Source: Epithemia pelagica
Lineage: Eukaryota > Protista > Bacillariophyta
Assembly: GCA_946965045.2 (NCBI GenBank)
Contig: OX337232.1
Coordinates: forward strand, 62,001 to 126,000
Reading direction: 5' to 3'
Length of the DNA stretch: 64,000 nt
The notes beneath the pieces were generated by a model. That model did no database searches. It was given only the letters and a program-made list of their open reading frames with translations, and was not told the origin of the DNA. Position numbers and translations under genes: made by a program. Below are positions 1 through 10,569 of the stretch, one piece after another (the stretch's first letter is position 1; every line of letters begins with the position of its first letter).

Positions 1-184
1 CTTATCCCGATAACCCAACCACACACCAGTGGTGGTACCAATGCCGTCCGGTATTCAAGGAGGAAGATGATCGCCCTCGTTTGGTCTCGAACATTATTTG
101 TGCGACTACCCGCCCGCGCCAGTCAGATTTTGACGTGAACGCTAGCGAAGGAGCCAGTAGTAGAAATCACACGACTCATAAGTC

Positions 185-1717
185 GTGACTCGCCGCCCGC
201 GTGTGCATCAGTCAAGTTTTTATGTGAACATTCCTCAACGAAGGACGCCACCATACAGCCCAATCGAACCACGAGAAAGAGCGGAATCGCAATCGCCTTG
301 TCCTTTTCCTCAGCAAAGCAACAGACAACGTATTAGTATGAGGTTTGCGAAACTGTTTGTCTCCTTTCTACTCGGTCCAAAACATTCTCAGGAACAATCC
401 TCCAGGTTGGATCACCTTTTGGAAATCCAACGCTCTCCGCTGGGGCTTGCTACCGGACGAATGGATCGCCCGTGGTTTCCTTCTCCAAGGATGAGTTCCA
501 TGGATGACGACCGCATTGAGTATATTTTTGATTTGTTGCGGGATGGCAAAGTGAAGCTCCCCCACGACAGCACCGTCACCAAGGACACTTTGCTGAAAGA
601 GTTGAAATTTTATGGATTGGATCAGAATACAACCGATATCGTATTGTCGAATGCCATTGAGGTTTCCTCTCGTCCGTCTCCTCCTCCTGAGGTTTACGCC
701 GTAGCAGCGGTCGATTATCTCTATTCGTTGGAACAAGCCTGTGAGAAGCGTATCAAGGAACTAGACAAGGAACTGTACCCTTTTGAATACAAGCGCAATT
801 GTACAACATTGGCTCTCCATATCTTTCGGGAATTCAAGAAAACGAATACATGGAAGATTCACGTGGACAAGTATGACGACAAGGAATCATTTGCGATTCT
901 AAAAAATGTAGTAAGCCATCGACCTCCAGGTTTGGAGAAGTTTCATCAGGACTGTTTGGCACACTTCGGCTTGGCGTACAAATTTATTCAAATCCAGTCT
1001 AGCAGCTGGTGGAGGTGGAGGAATGAGTTTCTTATAACATTGAAGAAAGTTCGTGGAGAAGACAAAGGGAGATGGGAACGCTCCGGGCTGGCTGCTGGAC
1101 GAATGGACCCCCCTTGGTTTTCTTCTCCAAAGAGTTCCAAGGATGACGACCGCATTCAGTATATTTTTGAGTTTCTGCGGCATGGTAAAGTCGAGCTCCC
1201 GCACGACAGTACTGTGACCAAGGAAACTTTGTTAAAAGAGTTGGAATTCTATGGACTAGAAAAGAATACCACCGATATCATGTTGTCGAAGGCCATTCAG
1301 GTCTCGTCCTCTCGTTCCTCCTCTCCTCCTCCAGAAGTATCCACCGTCGACGCACTCGATTACCTCGATTCGTTGGAACAAGCTTGTGAAGAGGATATCG
1401 AGAAACTCAAGGAGGAACTGTACCCTTTTGAATACAAGCGCAATTGTACAAAACTGGCTCTCTATATCTTTCGGGAATTGAAGAAACACCCCAATAAGTG
1501 GAAGATCCATGTAAGCGATGAATATAGCCGCGATTGGCGTGAGAAGGAAGCATACGCGACCGTTTCCAAGGTTCGCAACAATCGACCTCAAGGTTTGGAG
1601 AAGTTTCATCAAGACAGTTTGGCACACTTTGGCTTAGCGTACAAATGTATTGAACATAAGCGCCTTCGTCAGTATTCGAGTGATTTCGAGTTTATAATCA
1701 CATTGGAAAAAGCTTGA
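185..1717 (+). CDS. BTB1: two tandem [BTB/T1-like + shared C-terminal domain] modules
   Basis: 510-aa ORF (GTG start; first in-frame ATG at 338). DDDRIEYIFDLLRDGKVKLP...LLKELKFYGL and DDDRIQYIFEFLRHGKVELP...LLKELEFYGL match the C-terminal half of KCTD/T1 BTB; each is followed by a FHQD[CS]LAHFGLAYK module. True start uncertain. Confidence 0.8.
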   Translation: MTRRPRVHQSSFYVNIPQRRTPPYSPIEPRERAESQSPCPFPQQSNRQRISMRFAKLFVSFLLGPKHSQEQSSRLDHLLEIQRSPLGLATGRMDRPWFPSPRMSSMDDDRIEYIFDLLRDGKVKLPHDSTVTKDTLLKELKFYGLDQNTTDIVLSNAIEVSSRPSPPPEVYAVAAVDYLYSLEQACEKRIKELDKELYPFEYKRNCTTLALHIFREFKKTNTWKIHVDKYDDKESFAILKNVVSHRPPGLEKFHQDCLAHFGLAYKFIQIQSSSWWRWRNEFLITLKKVRGEDKGRWERSGLAAGRMDPPWFSSPKSSKDDDRIQYIFEFLRHGKVELPHDSTVTKETLLKELEFYGLEKNTTDIMLSKAIQVSSSRSSSPPPEVSTVDALDYLDSLEQACEEDIEKLKEELYPFEYKRNCTKLALYIFRELKKHPNKWKIHVSDEYSRDWREKEAYATVSKVRNNRPQGLEKFHQDSLAHFGLAYKCIEHKRLRQYSSDFEFIITLEKA

Positions 1718-2689
1718 AAGACAACCGAAGAGACTTTTTAAACCATTCCAAGAGCTCCTCCAAGTCTCTAAGGACACGACATTGCATTTGTTTGTCTGTA
1801 GCAATTGCCAAAGACTTTGAATACTATTAACCCGGACTTTATTTTTATGTTAAGCTGAACTATACATTCGCGGTCCCCATGGAATCGGGTAGTAATAGGA
1901 ATGGCGCCTTTGGGCGGAGCAATGGAGAAACCACCAACCGACTCCTATCGACGCACGTGGACGGACCCTGGCTGTTTCACCATACTAGTAGACGGACGAC
2001 TTGAGGCTTTGTCCCCAACGAATTCGGATCGAGCGAATCCTTGTCGCTTGTCGACGACGTGCTACTAGATACACGACACGACCATTTGTACTGCTACTTG
2101 CGTTTGTTCTGGTTGGAGCTATTCCACTAGCATATATACTTGTAGTAGTAGAGCCACATTCTCATCCTTCGGGTGTTGGTTGGTATTGGTCGACCGACGC
2201 GCAGAATCCCCGTCAATTTCTTCGAGGAGACACACATAAAAGACGACGATGAGACGGCGCACCCGTGTTTTGTTTGGTTTGGTCGGAACACGAACCATTC
2301 GTTTCGACTCCACCACAACCACCAGAAAGGCTATAGGTAGGTATACACTTGTTTGTCCACAACGAGTTTTGGATTGAGGAGAATCGTCCATGAGACTTTC
2401 TTGTTGTCTTGTTGTCCTTGAGCGTGTACTCCTTTGGCCTTGGAGTGTGATTGGGAGCATCCAATGAATGAATCATGTCTTTGCAGAAGTATAGCATAGA
2501 AGGGCTTAGTCCGACCAAAAATGGCGTGGTGGTTTCTCGAGATAGAGGAGGAGGAGGGTAAGGAGTGTGGGCGGAATCGTTTGTGTGCTTCTTGAAACAC
2601 GTGACATTCACTGAGTCGATACGACATGACCAACCAGAGGAGGGGGGAGGATGATCCAGCATCCTCCGCCGCTGTACTCCTTTCCACGA

Positions 2690-2826
2690 ACCCGCAGCAA
2701 CACGAGCAAGAGCAACCAGAGTCACCGCAGTCAGGCGAGTAGCAGTAGTAGCCACAAGAGTGTCACCACCTTTACCAGATTGGCACGATCCTTTTCATGT
2801 GCGGCACCCTTCTTTGCGTCCAAACC
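2690..2826 (+). pseudogene. Inverted fragment of the 5' part of the 1255-aa gene
   Basis: Encodes SHRSQASSSSSHKSVTTFTRLARSFS versus SHRSQASSSSSHKSVATFTGLARSLS in 5708-9475(-); matches the reverse complement of about 9080-9220. Confidence 0.8.
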
Positions 2827-3013
2827 AACCACACCAGTCCAATCATCTACCCACACAATCCCTGAATTTGGTTTCCATCCTTTCACAAGCACCCAAAACC
2901 AATCTCGTTGACAGCAAACTTTTGTTCCGTCCCTCCCGTTTCACCAACTTGTCCTGTCGTGGTGTTTCCTCCCACTCGCCCAGTTTCCTTTCCAACAAGA
3001 ACAACAAGCATTG

Positions 3014-4765
3014 ATGATGATGATACCGTTGTTGCACGGGAAGTTCTATGTTCGTAACCCGTCGTCCACCACCAACAACACAAAAATGACCCTCTGGAAC
3101 AACACGACGAAAAGTCTGTTCCCAGACGACTATACTGCGAACCGACGACAAAAGTTTCGAAATAATTATTTGTGCGACTCCCCCAGAGCCAGAGCGATTT
3201 CGCGCCAGTCAGATTTTTACGTGAACCCCAGCGGAGGAGCCGTCACAAGAGTCGTGACTCGCGCGCGTGTGCACCAGTCAAGTTTTTATGTGAACACTCC
3301 GCAACGACCAACACATAGCAAAAGTCCAATCAAACGGTGCACGAGCAAAAAACCACGAGAACGAGCGGAACCACAATCGCCTTGTCCTTTTCCTCAGCAA
3401 CACAACAAACGACGCATCAGTATGAGGTTTGCGAAACTGTTTGTCTCCTTTCTACTCGGTCCAAAATGTTCTCAAGAACAATCCTCCAGGTTGGATCACC
3501 TTTTGGAAATCCAACGCTCTCCGCTGGGACTTGCTACCAGACGAAAAAGTCGCCCGTGGTTTCCTTCTCCAAGGATGAGTTCCATGGATGACGACCGCAT
3601 TGAGTATATTTTTGATTTTTTACGGAATGGCAAAGTCGAGCTCCCCCAGGACAGCACAGTCACCAAGGACACTTTGTTGAAAGAGTTGAAATTTTATGGA
3701 TTGGACCAAAAAACAAGCGATATCGTGTTGTCAAACGCCATTGAGGTTGACGCTATCAAAACGGTCGATTATCTCTATTCCTTGGAACAAGCCTGTGAGA
3801 AGTATATCAAGCAACTTGACGAGGAACTTTACCCGTTTAAATACAAACGCGATTGTACAAAATTGGCTCTCCATATCTTTCGGGAATTCAAGAAAACGAA
3901 TAAATGGAAGATTCATGTGGACAAGGATGACGACTACGAAGCGTTTGCGAGTCTCTTAAATGTAGTAAGCCATCGACCTCAAGGTTTGGAGAAGTTTCAT
4001 CACGAATCTTTGGCACACTTCGGCTTGGCGTACAAATTTATTGAAAGTCAATCCAGTAGCTTGAGGAAGAGCAAGTTTATCATAACATTGAAAAAAGTTG
4101 GTGAAAAAGACAATGGGGGATGGCGACGCTCTCGGCTGCTTGCCGGACGAATGGATCCCCCTTGGCTTCCTTCTCCAAGTAGTTCCAAGGAGGACGACCG
4201 CATTGAGTATATTTTTGAGTTTTTGCGGAATGGTAAAGTCGAGCTCCCCCACGACAGCACAGTCACCAAGGAAACTTTGTTGAAAGAGTTGGTATTTTAT
4301 GGATTGAACGAGAATACAAGCGATATCGTGTTGTCGAATGCCATTCAGGTCTCGTCCTCTGGTCCCTCCTCTCCTCCTCCTGAGGTATCCGCTGTCGATG
4401 CACTCGATGATATCTTTTCGTTAGAACAATCTTGTGAAGAGCATATCAAGAAACTCAAGGAGGAACTGTACCGGTTTGAATACAAACGCGATTGTACAAA
4501 ACTGGCACTGTATATCTTTCGGGAGTTCAAGAAAACCCCCAACAAGTGGCAGATCTATTTGAGCAATAAAAGGAGCTGCGAGTGGTATGAGATGGAAGCA
4601 TACTTGACCGTTTCCGATATTCGCAACAATCGACCTCAAGGTTTGGAGACGTTTCATCAAGACAGTTTGGCACACTTTGGCTTGGCGTACAAATGTATTA
4701 AACATGAGCGCTTTGATTGGTACCCGTATGATGCCGAGTGTATAATCACATTGGAAAAAGCTTGA
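3014..4765 (+). CDS. BTB2: paralog of BTB1 with two modules
   Basis: Uninterrupted ORF (track 3011-4765, first ATG 3014) with the same two-module layout and the same ITLEKA end. Confidence 0.82.
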   Translation: MMMIPLLHGKFYVRNPSSTTNNTKMTLWNNTTKSLFPDDYTANRRQKFRNNYLCDSPRARAISRQSDFYVNPSGGAVTRVVTRARVHQSSFYVNTPQRPTHSKSPIKRCTSKKPRERAEPQSPCPFPQQHNKRRISMRFAKLFVSFLLGPKCSQEQSSRLDHLLEIQRSPLGLATRRKSRPWFPSPRMSSMDDDRIEYIFDFLRNGKVELPQDSTVTKDTLLKELKFYGLDQKTSDIVLSNAIEVDAIKTVDYLYSLEQACEKYIKQLDEELYPFKYKRDCTKLALHIFREFKKTNKWKIHVDKDDDYEAFASLLNVVSHRPQGLEKFHHESLAHFGLAYKFIESQSSSLRKSKFIITLKKVGEKDNGGWRRSRLLAGRMDPPWLPSPSSSKEDDRIEYIFEFLRNGKVELPHDSTVTKETLLKELVFYGLNENTSDIVLSNAIQVSSSGPSSPPPEVSAVDALDDIFSLEQSCEEHIKKLKEELYRFEYKRDCTKLALYIFREFKKTPNKWQIYLSNKRSCEWYEMEAYLTVSDIRNNRPQGLETFHQDSLAHFGLAYKCIKHERFDWYPYDAECIITLEKA

Positions 4766-5145
4766 AAGACAAACAAGGTGACTGCCATGAATAAGGGCTA
4801 CTCTTCCTAAACCATTCAAAGAGCTCCTCCAAGTCTCTGAGGACACGACATAGCAACTGTTATTCTGTAGCAATTCCGAAAGAATTGGAATAATACTTTC
4901 CCGAACGTTGTTTTTATGTCAAGCTGAACCATACATTCGCGGTTCCCATGCAATCGGGTAGAAGGACACCAGGATGGCGCGTTTGGGCGGAACAGTGGAG
5001 AAACCACCAATCAACTCGTATTGACTGCACGTGGACGGCCCCCTGGCTGTTTCACCATACTAGTAGACGGACGACTTGAGACTTTGCCCCCAACGAATTC
5101 GTATCGAGCGAATCCTTGTCGCTTGTCTTCGATGTAGTACTACAT

Positions 5146-5358
5146 ACAACCAATGAATCGAACATTGTGGTGGACAGGCATAACCACATGGAAGCAATTG
5201 CAACTCTTTCAAATGTAGTAAAGACAATCGACCAAAAGGTTTGGGGAAGTTCCATCACAACTGTTTGGGCACACTTTGGCTTGGCGTACAAATTTATCAA
5301 AAAAACTGTACTATCAGTACCTGGGCTGAGTATACGATAACTGTAGAAAAAGCTGGCA
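5146..5358 (+). pseudogene. Frameshifted C-terminal remnant of a BTB1/2-like module
   Basis: NIVVDRHNHMEAIATLSNVV...AHFGLAYKFI aligns to module 1 (KIHVDKDDDYEAFASLLNVV...AHFGLAYKFI) only with frameshifts; no BTB part. Confidence 0.75.
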
Positions 5359-5374
5359 AGTGAAATGTAAAATG

Positions 5375-5600
5375 GAGAGATTCAAAAATCAAGAACTATT
5401 TTCAAAGCATTGAGGATTACACACAATGCGACTTTGCTAAGTGATACGCTTCAATCCGTGAGATTCTTTGACGAGTATAGTATTTTAAAATCAAGCAGTA
5501 GAGAACAATGTTGTCCAAAATCAAGCTACCAGTTGGTTGCATTCGTACCGCCAAGACTGTGGAGCGTTCTTCGGCTTGACGTACAAAATCGGAAGGCATA
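5375..5600 (+). pseudogene. Degenerate remnant of a BTB4-like C-terminal domain
   Basis: tcg tac cgc caa gac tgt gga gcg ttc ttc ggc ttg acg tac aaa = SYRQDCGAFFGLTYK versus PYFQDCLAFFGLTYK in BTB4. Confidence 0.6.
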
Positions 5601-5707
5601 CAATGTATCCACGCTGTTTTCATTTTGAAACTTGAGTGGTGTGCTCCATCATAGAGTTACTGTCCAATAGAAAGAGTACTGATGGGAATCCCATCACGGC
5701 CTCCTCT

Positions 5708-8700
5708 TCAGAAAGTGTTTGTCCACAACATGTCGTTGTGGGACAGTGTGTTTGTGCTTGTACTGTCGCCATCGAAATGGAATGAATGATTGTCGTAGAT
5801 AAACGCCAAATGTGGTCCACTTTCCGTGTCGGTTTCATCTTCGATCAAAAAGGCAGAGGAGTATGCTGGTTTCGATCGTAGAGGAGCGGGTGTTTTGCGG
5901 TTGCCATGGAATGGGTGCAGCTTGTCGGATGGAGTCGTTTTTGTGGTTGGAAGCCACAAACAAAGGTTCATTTCGGCATTGGGGTCACAAACTTGGCCCC
6001 CGCAATCCTCCTTGGCATCATCGTCGTCGTCGTGGTCGTCGTCGAGCAAGGCCAAAGATCGTGGTGTTTGGGAACAGCGAAGATTCTTATTGTTGGTGTC
6101 CAGAACACTGTAATCATCCTGACATTGCAATTCCCAAAAGTAATCTCGTTTTTGATGGTTGGACTGATAGGTTTTGTACTTGGCGCAGTGTCGTCGTCGT
6201 GGACTCTTGGGTTTGGTACTGGGCGAACGCTTGCGTCGTCGTGGAGAAACGCAACTCCTCGTGGTGGCGGTGGTGGTAGGTCGGTGCGCTCGGATGGTAA
6301 TCGCGTCTTCCTTATGGGGATCCAGGAGAATGCTGATTCCATCTTCACTGTCCTGGGGGGCGTGGCTGCTACTGGCCCCAATGCTATCGTCACTGCTGCT
6401 GCTACTGCCATTTCCGCTCGAGCGTCGTCGCGAAACGCCGACGGTACTTTCCATGCTGCGCTTGAGAATTTCAACGCCATGTTCCAAGAAGTGCACACGA
6501 AAGGGAGACCAAGGCTCCTCCGTATCGTCGTGGTTCGGTGGTTCTTGCGATTGCGATCGGTCTCTCCGTTGTTGGTGGTGTTCCAGGAGACTTTGAGTCG
6601 TCACATAAACGTGGTCCTTATTAGAGTGTGGGTGGTCACCAACAGTGGGTGTGCAGGAACTGGTCAAGGTTCGACAGGGATCCTTTGTTCTCCCACAGAC
6701 CTCGCCCGTGTACAGCAAGTCATCCTCGTCGTCGTCGTTGTCGTCATCGTCGAGCGAGGGGTGATTGGCCGCCACGGAATTGTCGGCATCGTAGTCATGA
6801 GTGTAATCACGACGATGGACAATACAGGAATCTTCGTCATCATCATCATCCTCGTCATCGTCTTCATGTCGACTCGTCGACGATCGCGTCGTATTCGTTC
6901 CAGTACTAGTTGAGGACCCGGTTTGAGTCGAATCAAGACTGCAATTAATGGCATCTTGCTTGGATGGTTTGCAGGGATAGTGCAACTCTTCGTCCTCGTC
7001 ATCCTTCTCCTCCTTTGTGGATTGTGGTCGGTCGTTTTCGTGAAGTACCACAATCACCTTGTTGTTCTTGTCGTTGCCCTTGGTATTCTTGAGTTGCTGT
7101 TGTGAGTGGGGAGAGTTTATATTTGTATGATTCTGGTCGCCCGAGCTCTTGTTCCTTGGATTGCTCCAATTTCGTTTGAGAAGAAGGGGCTTACTATTGG
7201 ATCGAATCGTTCCTCCTTTTCCTCGTTCTCGTAGTTGTCTGTTGCGATGCCGCTGATGCAAGAGACCAAACTTTTTCTTGGTCGAGAGACGGGGGCGTTG
7301 TGAGGACTGGTTGGGCAATGGCATTACTTCGGTACCTCCTCCTTCTACTTCTTCTCCTTCGGGCGATACAATTTGCAATTGGACCGCATTCGCCATGTTG
7401 GATCCCTGGACAATGGTAGTGGTGGTGGTGAGAGGTGCGTCCTGGTGGGTGGAAGAGGGGGAGCCAAGAGTCTCGGCAGCAGCACCCGCAAGAATAGGGG
7501 TATTGGTGCTGCGTCGTCGTCCCATTGGCCAAGCGATGGACCGTCGTCGTCGCCATCGGGGTGTCGTTGGTGTTGTGGTGGTGGTACGAGTCGAATCAGT
7601 GGCACCATTTTCGGGAGACAGGAGATTGGTATTCGTTGGTGTGGCAAAACACGTGTCCGTTGTTTGGGGTGTGGCGGAGCATGCAGTGGTGTCGTCCTTC
7701 CGGGAGTTGTTGGAGTTGTGGGAGTTGGTTCTCGTTGTTGTTGCGTTGGGAGAGGAGGTGCGTGGAAGGTCCTTGTGGGTGGTGTTGTTGGCGCTGGGGG
7801 GAGAAGAATGAACCACGTCGGAGGCGGCGGCGGCGGTAAACCGTCGGAGACGTTCGGTATGATTGCGCAGAATGCTCCGCAATACGGGGGCCTTCTGCAC
7901 GTCGTGGTCCTGGTTGTTGTTGTTCTCGTGGGGTTTGTCGTTGGCCGGTTGCGGCACGGCAAACGGCTGGTCTGGTGGTGTTGTTTCCTGGTTCTCCTTC
8001 TCCTTGTCGTCGTCCGAATCATCCTTCTTGTCAGTTTCGTCTGGTTCTTCTTGCTCTTCGTCGTCGTCCTCTTCAAACGACAGTAGTGACGGCAAGAGTC
8101 GTTGCAGTGGACTGACGAGACGGTGTTTGCTGACATTGCCCACAAAGGGGGTTTCCTCTTGGGGTTGTTGGTGCAACCGCTCCAGGCTCGTCAAATCATG
8201 ATTGGATTGGTACTTCTTGTTGTTCTTGTTCTTTTCAAAAGACGAAAGGATTTTGGGTTCCAACAATCGTGGTTCTTCTTCTTCTTGTTGTTGTTGTTCT
8301 TCTTCTTCTTTGGATTGTGGGAGCAATCGTGAAAGGGTATTGTTGTTCTTTTCAAACGACGAAATAATTTTGGGTTCCAACAGTTGGGGTTCTTCTTGTT
8401 CTGGTTCTTGTGGGAGCAATCGTGAAAGGGTAGTGTTGCCAGAATCATTCTGACTCGTCGGGTTCTTGGTGGTGGTGGTACTCGGGTTCTTGTGCTTGTT
8501 GTTGTTGAGGCGGTGATGGTTCGCAGCAGCTGGAAATTGCTGGGAGGATACCGAGGAAATGGATGACCCAAGGGACCAGGACGACGAGGACGAAGCGGCG
8601 TCACTCTCCTCTTGTTCATTTTCGTCCTCCTGGTTCTGGTCGTCGTCGTGGGACGAGTTCGGTTCCAGCACACTACGTCCTTGTTGTTGGTTGGTAGTCG

Positions 8701-9475
8701 TCGTCAAGGAGTGGCTGTGGGGAACTGGTTGGTTCTTGTTCTTCTTGTTCCAACTGTTCTGGTTCCTAGTATTCCTATTCTTCTTGGTCTTGTTGTGTTG
8801 TACTGGATGGGGACACAGAACTTCGAGTGCCACAGCGGCATTCTCCTTGCTTCTTCTTCGTCTGGTCGAGTACGCGGGGCGAGTGGTGGGCGGAAGCACC
8901 ACGACCGGATAACGATGGAGTGGCTCCTCCTTATCCTCATGGTGGGAGAAGGAACTGACCGATTGGGTTGGTGCAGAATGATGATGATGAGAGTGCTGCG
9001 GTTCGTTCGAAACAGCCAAGACTGCTGGAACACGATTCTCCTCCTCCTCCTCCTCCTCTTGGTCGTGATGTTGTCGTTTGGTACCAAAGGAAGGTGCCGC
9101 ATACGACAAGGATCGTGCCAATCCGGTAAAGGTGGCGACACTCTTGTGGCTGCTGCTGCTACTGGCCTGACTGCGGTGACTTTGCTTGCTCGTGCTGTGG
9201 CTCGTGTTGCCGCTGCGAGTTTTGGAAAGTAGTACGGCGGCGGATGCCAGATCAGTCTCCTCGTCTTGTGGTGCTTGTACCGACGAAACCGAGGACGATG
9301 ACGATCGCGCCAAGAGGGGAATGTGATCCGAGGGAGCCGCGTGAGATTGTCGTTGTTGGTGTTGACGACGACGTTGGTGGCGTCCTTGTTTCCAGTGCAC
9401 CAATTGTTGCTTTTTGCGAGCCGCCGCCGCCGCAAACGACAAGGATGAAGTCAAAGTGCTGGTTCCATCCGTCAT
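5708..9475 (-). CDS. 1255-aa low-complexity, probably disordered protein of unknown function
   Basis: ATG-initiated 3.8-kb ORF with poly-D/E/S/T/N/Q tracts and an internal repeat (NTLSRLLPQ...LLEPKI[IL]SSFEKN x2). The C-terminal segment NLCLWLP...DNHSFHFD...NDMLWT is conserved in a paralogous fragment. No recognised domain. Confidence 0.75.
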   Translation of the reverse strand: MTDGTSTLTSSLSFAAAAARKKQQLVHWKQGRHQRRRQHQQRQSHAAPSDHIPLLARSSSSSVSSVQAPQDEETDLASAAVLLSKTRSGNTSHSTSKQSHRSQASSSSSHKSVATFTGLARSLSYAAPSFGTKRQHHDQEEEEEEENRVPAVLAVSNEPQHSHHHHSAPTQSVSSFSHHEDKEEPLHRYPVVVLPPTTRPAYSTRRRRSKENAAVALEVLCPHPVQHNKTKKNRNTRNQNSWNKKNKNQPVPHSHSLTTTTNQQQGRSVLEPNSSHDDDQNQEDENEQEESDAASSSSSWSLGSSISSVSSQQFPAAANHHRLNNNKHKNPSTTTTKNPTSQNDSGNTTLSRLLPQEPEQEEPQLLEPKIISSFEKNNNTLSRLLPQSKEEEEQQQQEEEEPRLLEPKILSSFEKNKNNKKYQSNHDLTSLERLHQQPQEETPFVGNVSKHRLVSPLQRLLPSLLSFEEDDDEEQEEPDETDKKDDSDDDKEKENQETTPPDQPFAVPQPANDKPHENNNNQDHDVQKAPVLRSILRNHTERLRRFTAAAASDVVHSSPPSANNTTHKDLPRTSSPNATTTRTNSHNSNNSRKDDTTACSATPQTTDTCFATPTNTNLLSPENGATDSTRTTTTTPTTPRWRRRRSIAWPMGRRRSTNTPILAGAAAETLGSPSSTHQDAPLTTTTTIVQGSNMANAVQLQIVSPEGEEVEGGGTEVMPLPNQSSQRPRLSTKKKFGLLHQRHRNRQLRERGKGGTIRSNSKPLLLKRNWSNPRNKSSGDQNHTNINSPHSQQQLKNTKGNDKNNKVIVVLHENDRPQSTKEEKDDEDEELHYPCKPSKQDAINCSLDSTQTGSSTSTGTNTTRSSTSRHEDDDEDDDDDEDSCIVHRRDYTHDYDADNSVAANHPSLDDDDNDDDEDDLLYTGEVCGRTKDPCRTLTSSCTPTVGDHPHSNKDHVYVTTQSLLEHHQQRRDRSQSQEPPNHDDTEEPWSPFRVHFLEHGVEILKRSMESTVGVSRRRSSGNGSSSSSDDSIGASSSHAPQDSEDGISILLDPHKEDAITIRAHRPTTTATTRSCVSPRRRKRSPSTKPKSPRRRHCAKYKTYQSNHQKRDYFWELQCQDDYSVLDTNNKNLRCSQTPRSLALLDDDHDDDDDAKEDCGGQVCDPNAEMNLCLWLPTTKTTPSDKLHPFHGNRKTPAPLRSKPAYSSAFLIEDETDTESGPHLAFIYDNHSFHFDGDSTSTNTLSHNDMLWTNTF

Positions 9476-10263
9476 GGTGGCTGTATGAATTTACTAGACA
9501 AGGAACACTCGTCTCCATGAGAATGAGAAAGCAACACCCGAACGACGGCGCAAAGGGACCTTGCTGGAGTCTGTGACGGCCGGATCGATCCGAGGCGGCC
9601 GACTGTGGCGTTTCGGCGCACCTATAGTTCTAGGCTTTTCTTTGAAACTATGTGACGGGCCGGCCTTGGATCTTGATAAACAGCTGTTCGGGAGGGAGCC
9701 CATTTGGGGGAACGCGCGCACGACGAGCCTTCCAAAACACAACCATTCGTAGGGTGGCACACTTTTTTAGACATGCGCATCCAACAAAAAGAGAGATTCT
9801 CTGTCCCACCCCAAAACGTTTGGTTTTGTGAGCTGCTGTGATTCTTCCATTGGTAGATTCCAGCCACCACAGGAGTTCTCGTTGTTGTTGTTGTTGTTGC
9901 TGTGCTGGATGCAAGGGGAGTGTGACCTTGTCGGCCGTGGAATGGAAACATGCCATGCGTCTCTCCCCTTTTGCCGTGGTGGAATTCTCAGTACGTATAC
10001 CTTCAATTTCGACAGTCCCACAACCATTCGTATGGATTCTCGTGCTGATTCCACAGTCTTTAGTTCAAGACTCATTCAAAAGACACCACTGGGATACGAG
10101 GTTGCATCCTTCCATGGATTTGAAGGACGGACCGTCCACTGGAAAAATCAGTCCACTGGAAAAATCTGTATTCCCTTCTTGTGTCCGTAATGGAGTGGTG
10201 CAAGACTATTTCCGCTCGACATGGGGAAAACTCGTACTCTAGACCCCAACTTTGGTTCGTATA

Positions 10264-10355
10264 ATGAAGGCAAGACTTCAAAGTCTGTTTTTAATCCACT
10301 ATTCCTTGACTTCAAAGTCTGTTTTTAATCCACTATGAAGGCAAGACTTCAAAGT
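10264..10355. repeat. Left half of a short tandem array (core gacttcaaagtctgtttttaatccact) split by the retrotransposon
   Basis: atgaaggcaagacttcaaagt recurs at 10264 and 10335 (71-bp period); the array resumes at 16992-17053. Confidence 0.9.
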
Positions 10356-10512
10356 TGAAATTGTGCATGTATCCGTGAGAGATCTAATTGTATGTCACAT
10401 TGTATAACCGTTCCAAACGGTCAGCGATACGAGCCGGCCGTCTTCGCCAAACTGGACGACGACAGTAGTAGAAAATAATTTTATAATCTCTTTGAAACAC
10501 GAAATTTTAGCA
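10356..10512 (+). repeat. 5' LTR (157 bp)
   Basis: TGAAATTGTG...TTTTAGCA; read base by base as identical to the 3' LTR. Confidence 0.95.
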
Positions 10513-10529
10513 GTTTATCAGACCCATCG
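10513..10529 (+). other. Putative primer-binding site, non-canonical
   Basis: GTTTATCAGACCCATCG directly after the LTR. Assigned by position only; it lacks the TGG complementary to tRNA CCA. Confidence 0.45.
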
Positions 10530-10569
10530 TCTGCTTTGAGATTGTTTTTGTTGTGAAGTACGAAGTACT

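Larger units (their letters stand above)
94..5128 (+). repeat. Tandem segmental duplication: 94-2052 approximately equals 3166-5128
   Basis: Colinear high similarity across BTB1/BTB2 and about 330 bp of 3' flank, both ending at cttgtcgcttgtc. Confidence 0.9.

Noticed and set aside
5812-9576. Many long overlapping ORFs, e.g. 5906-6913(+), 7345-8145(-), 8704-9435(-)
   Set aside because: They are shadow frames of the trinucleotide-repeat-rich 1255-aa gene and carry no independent motifs.
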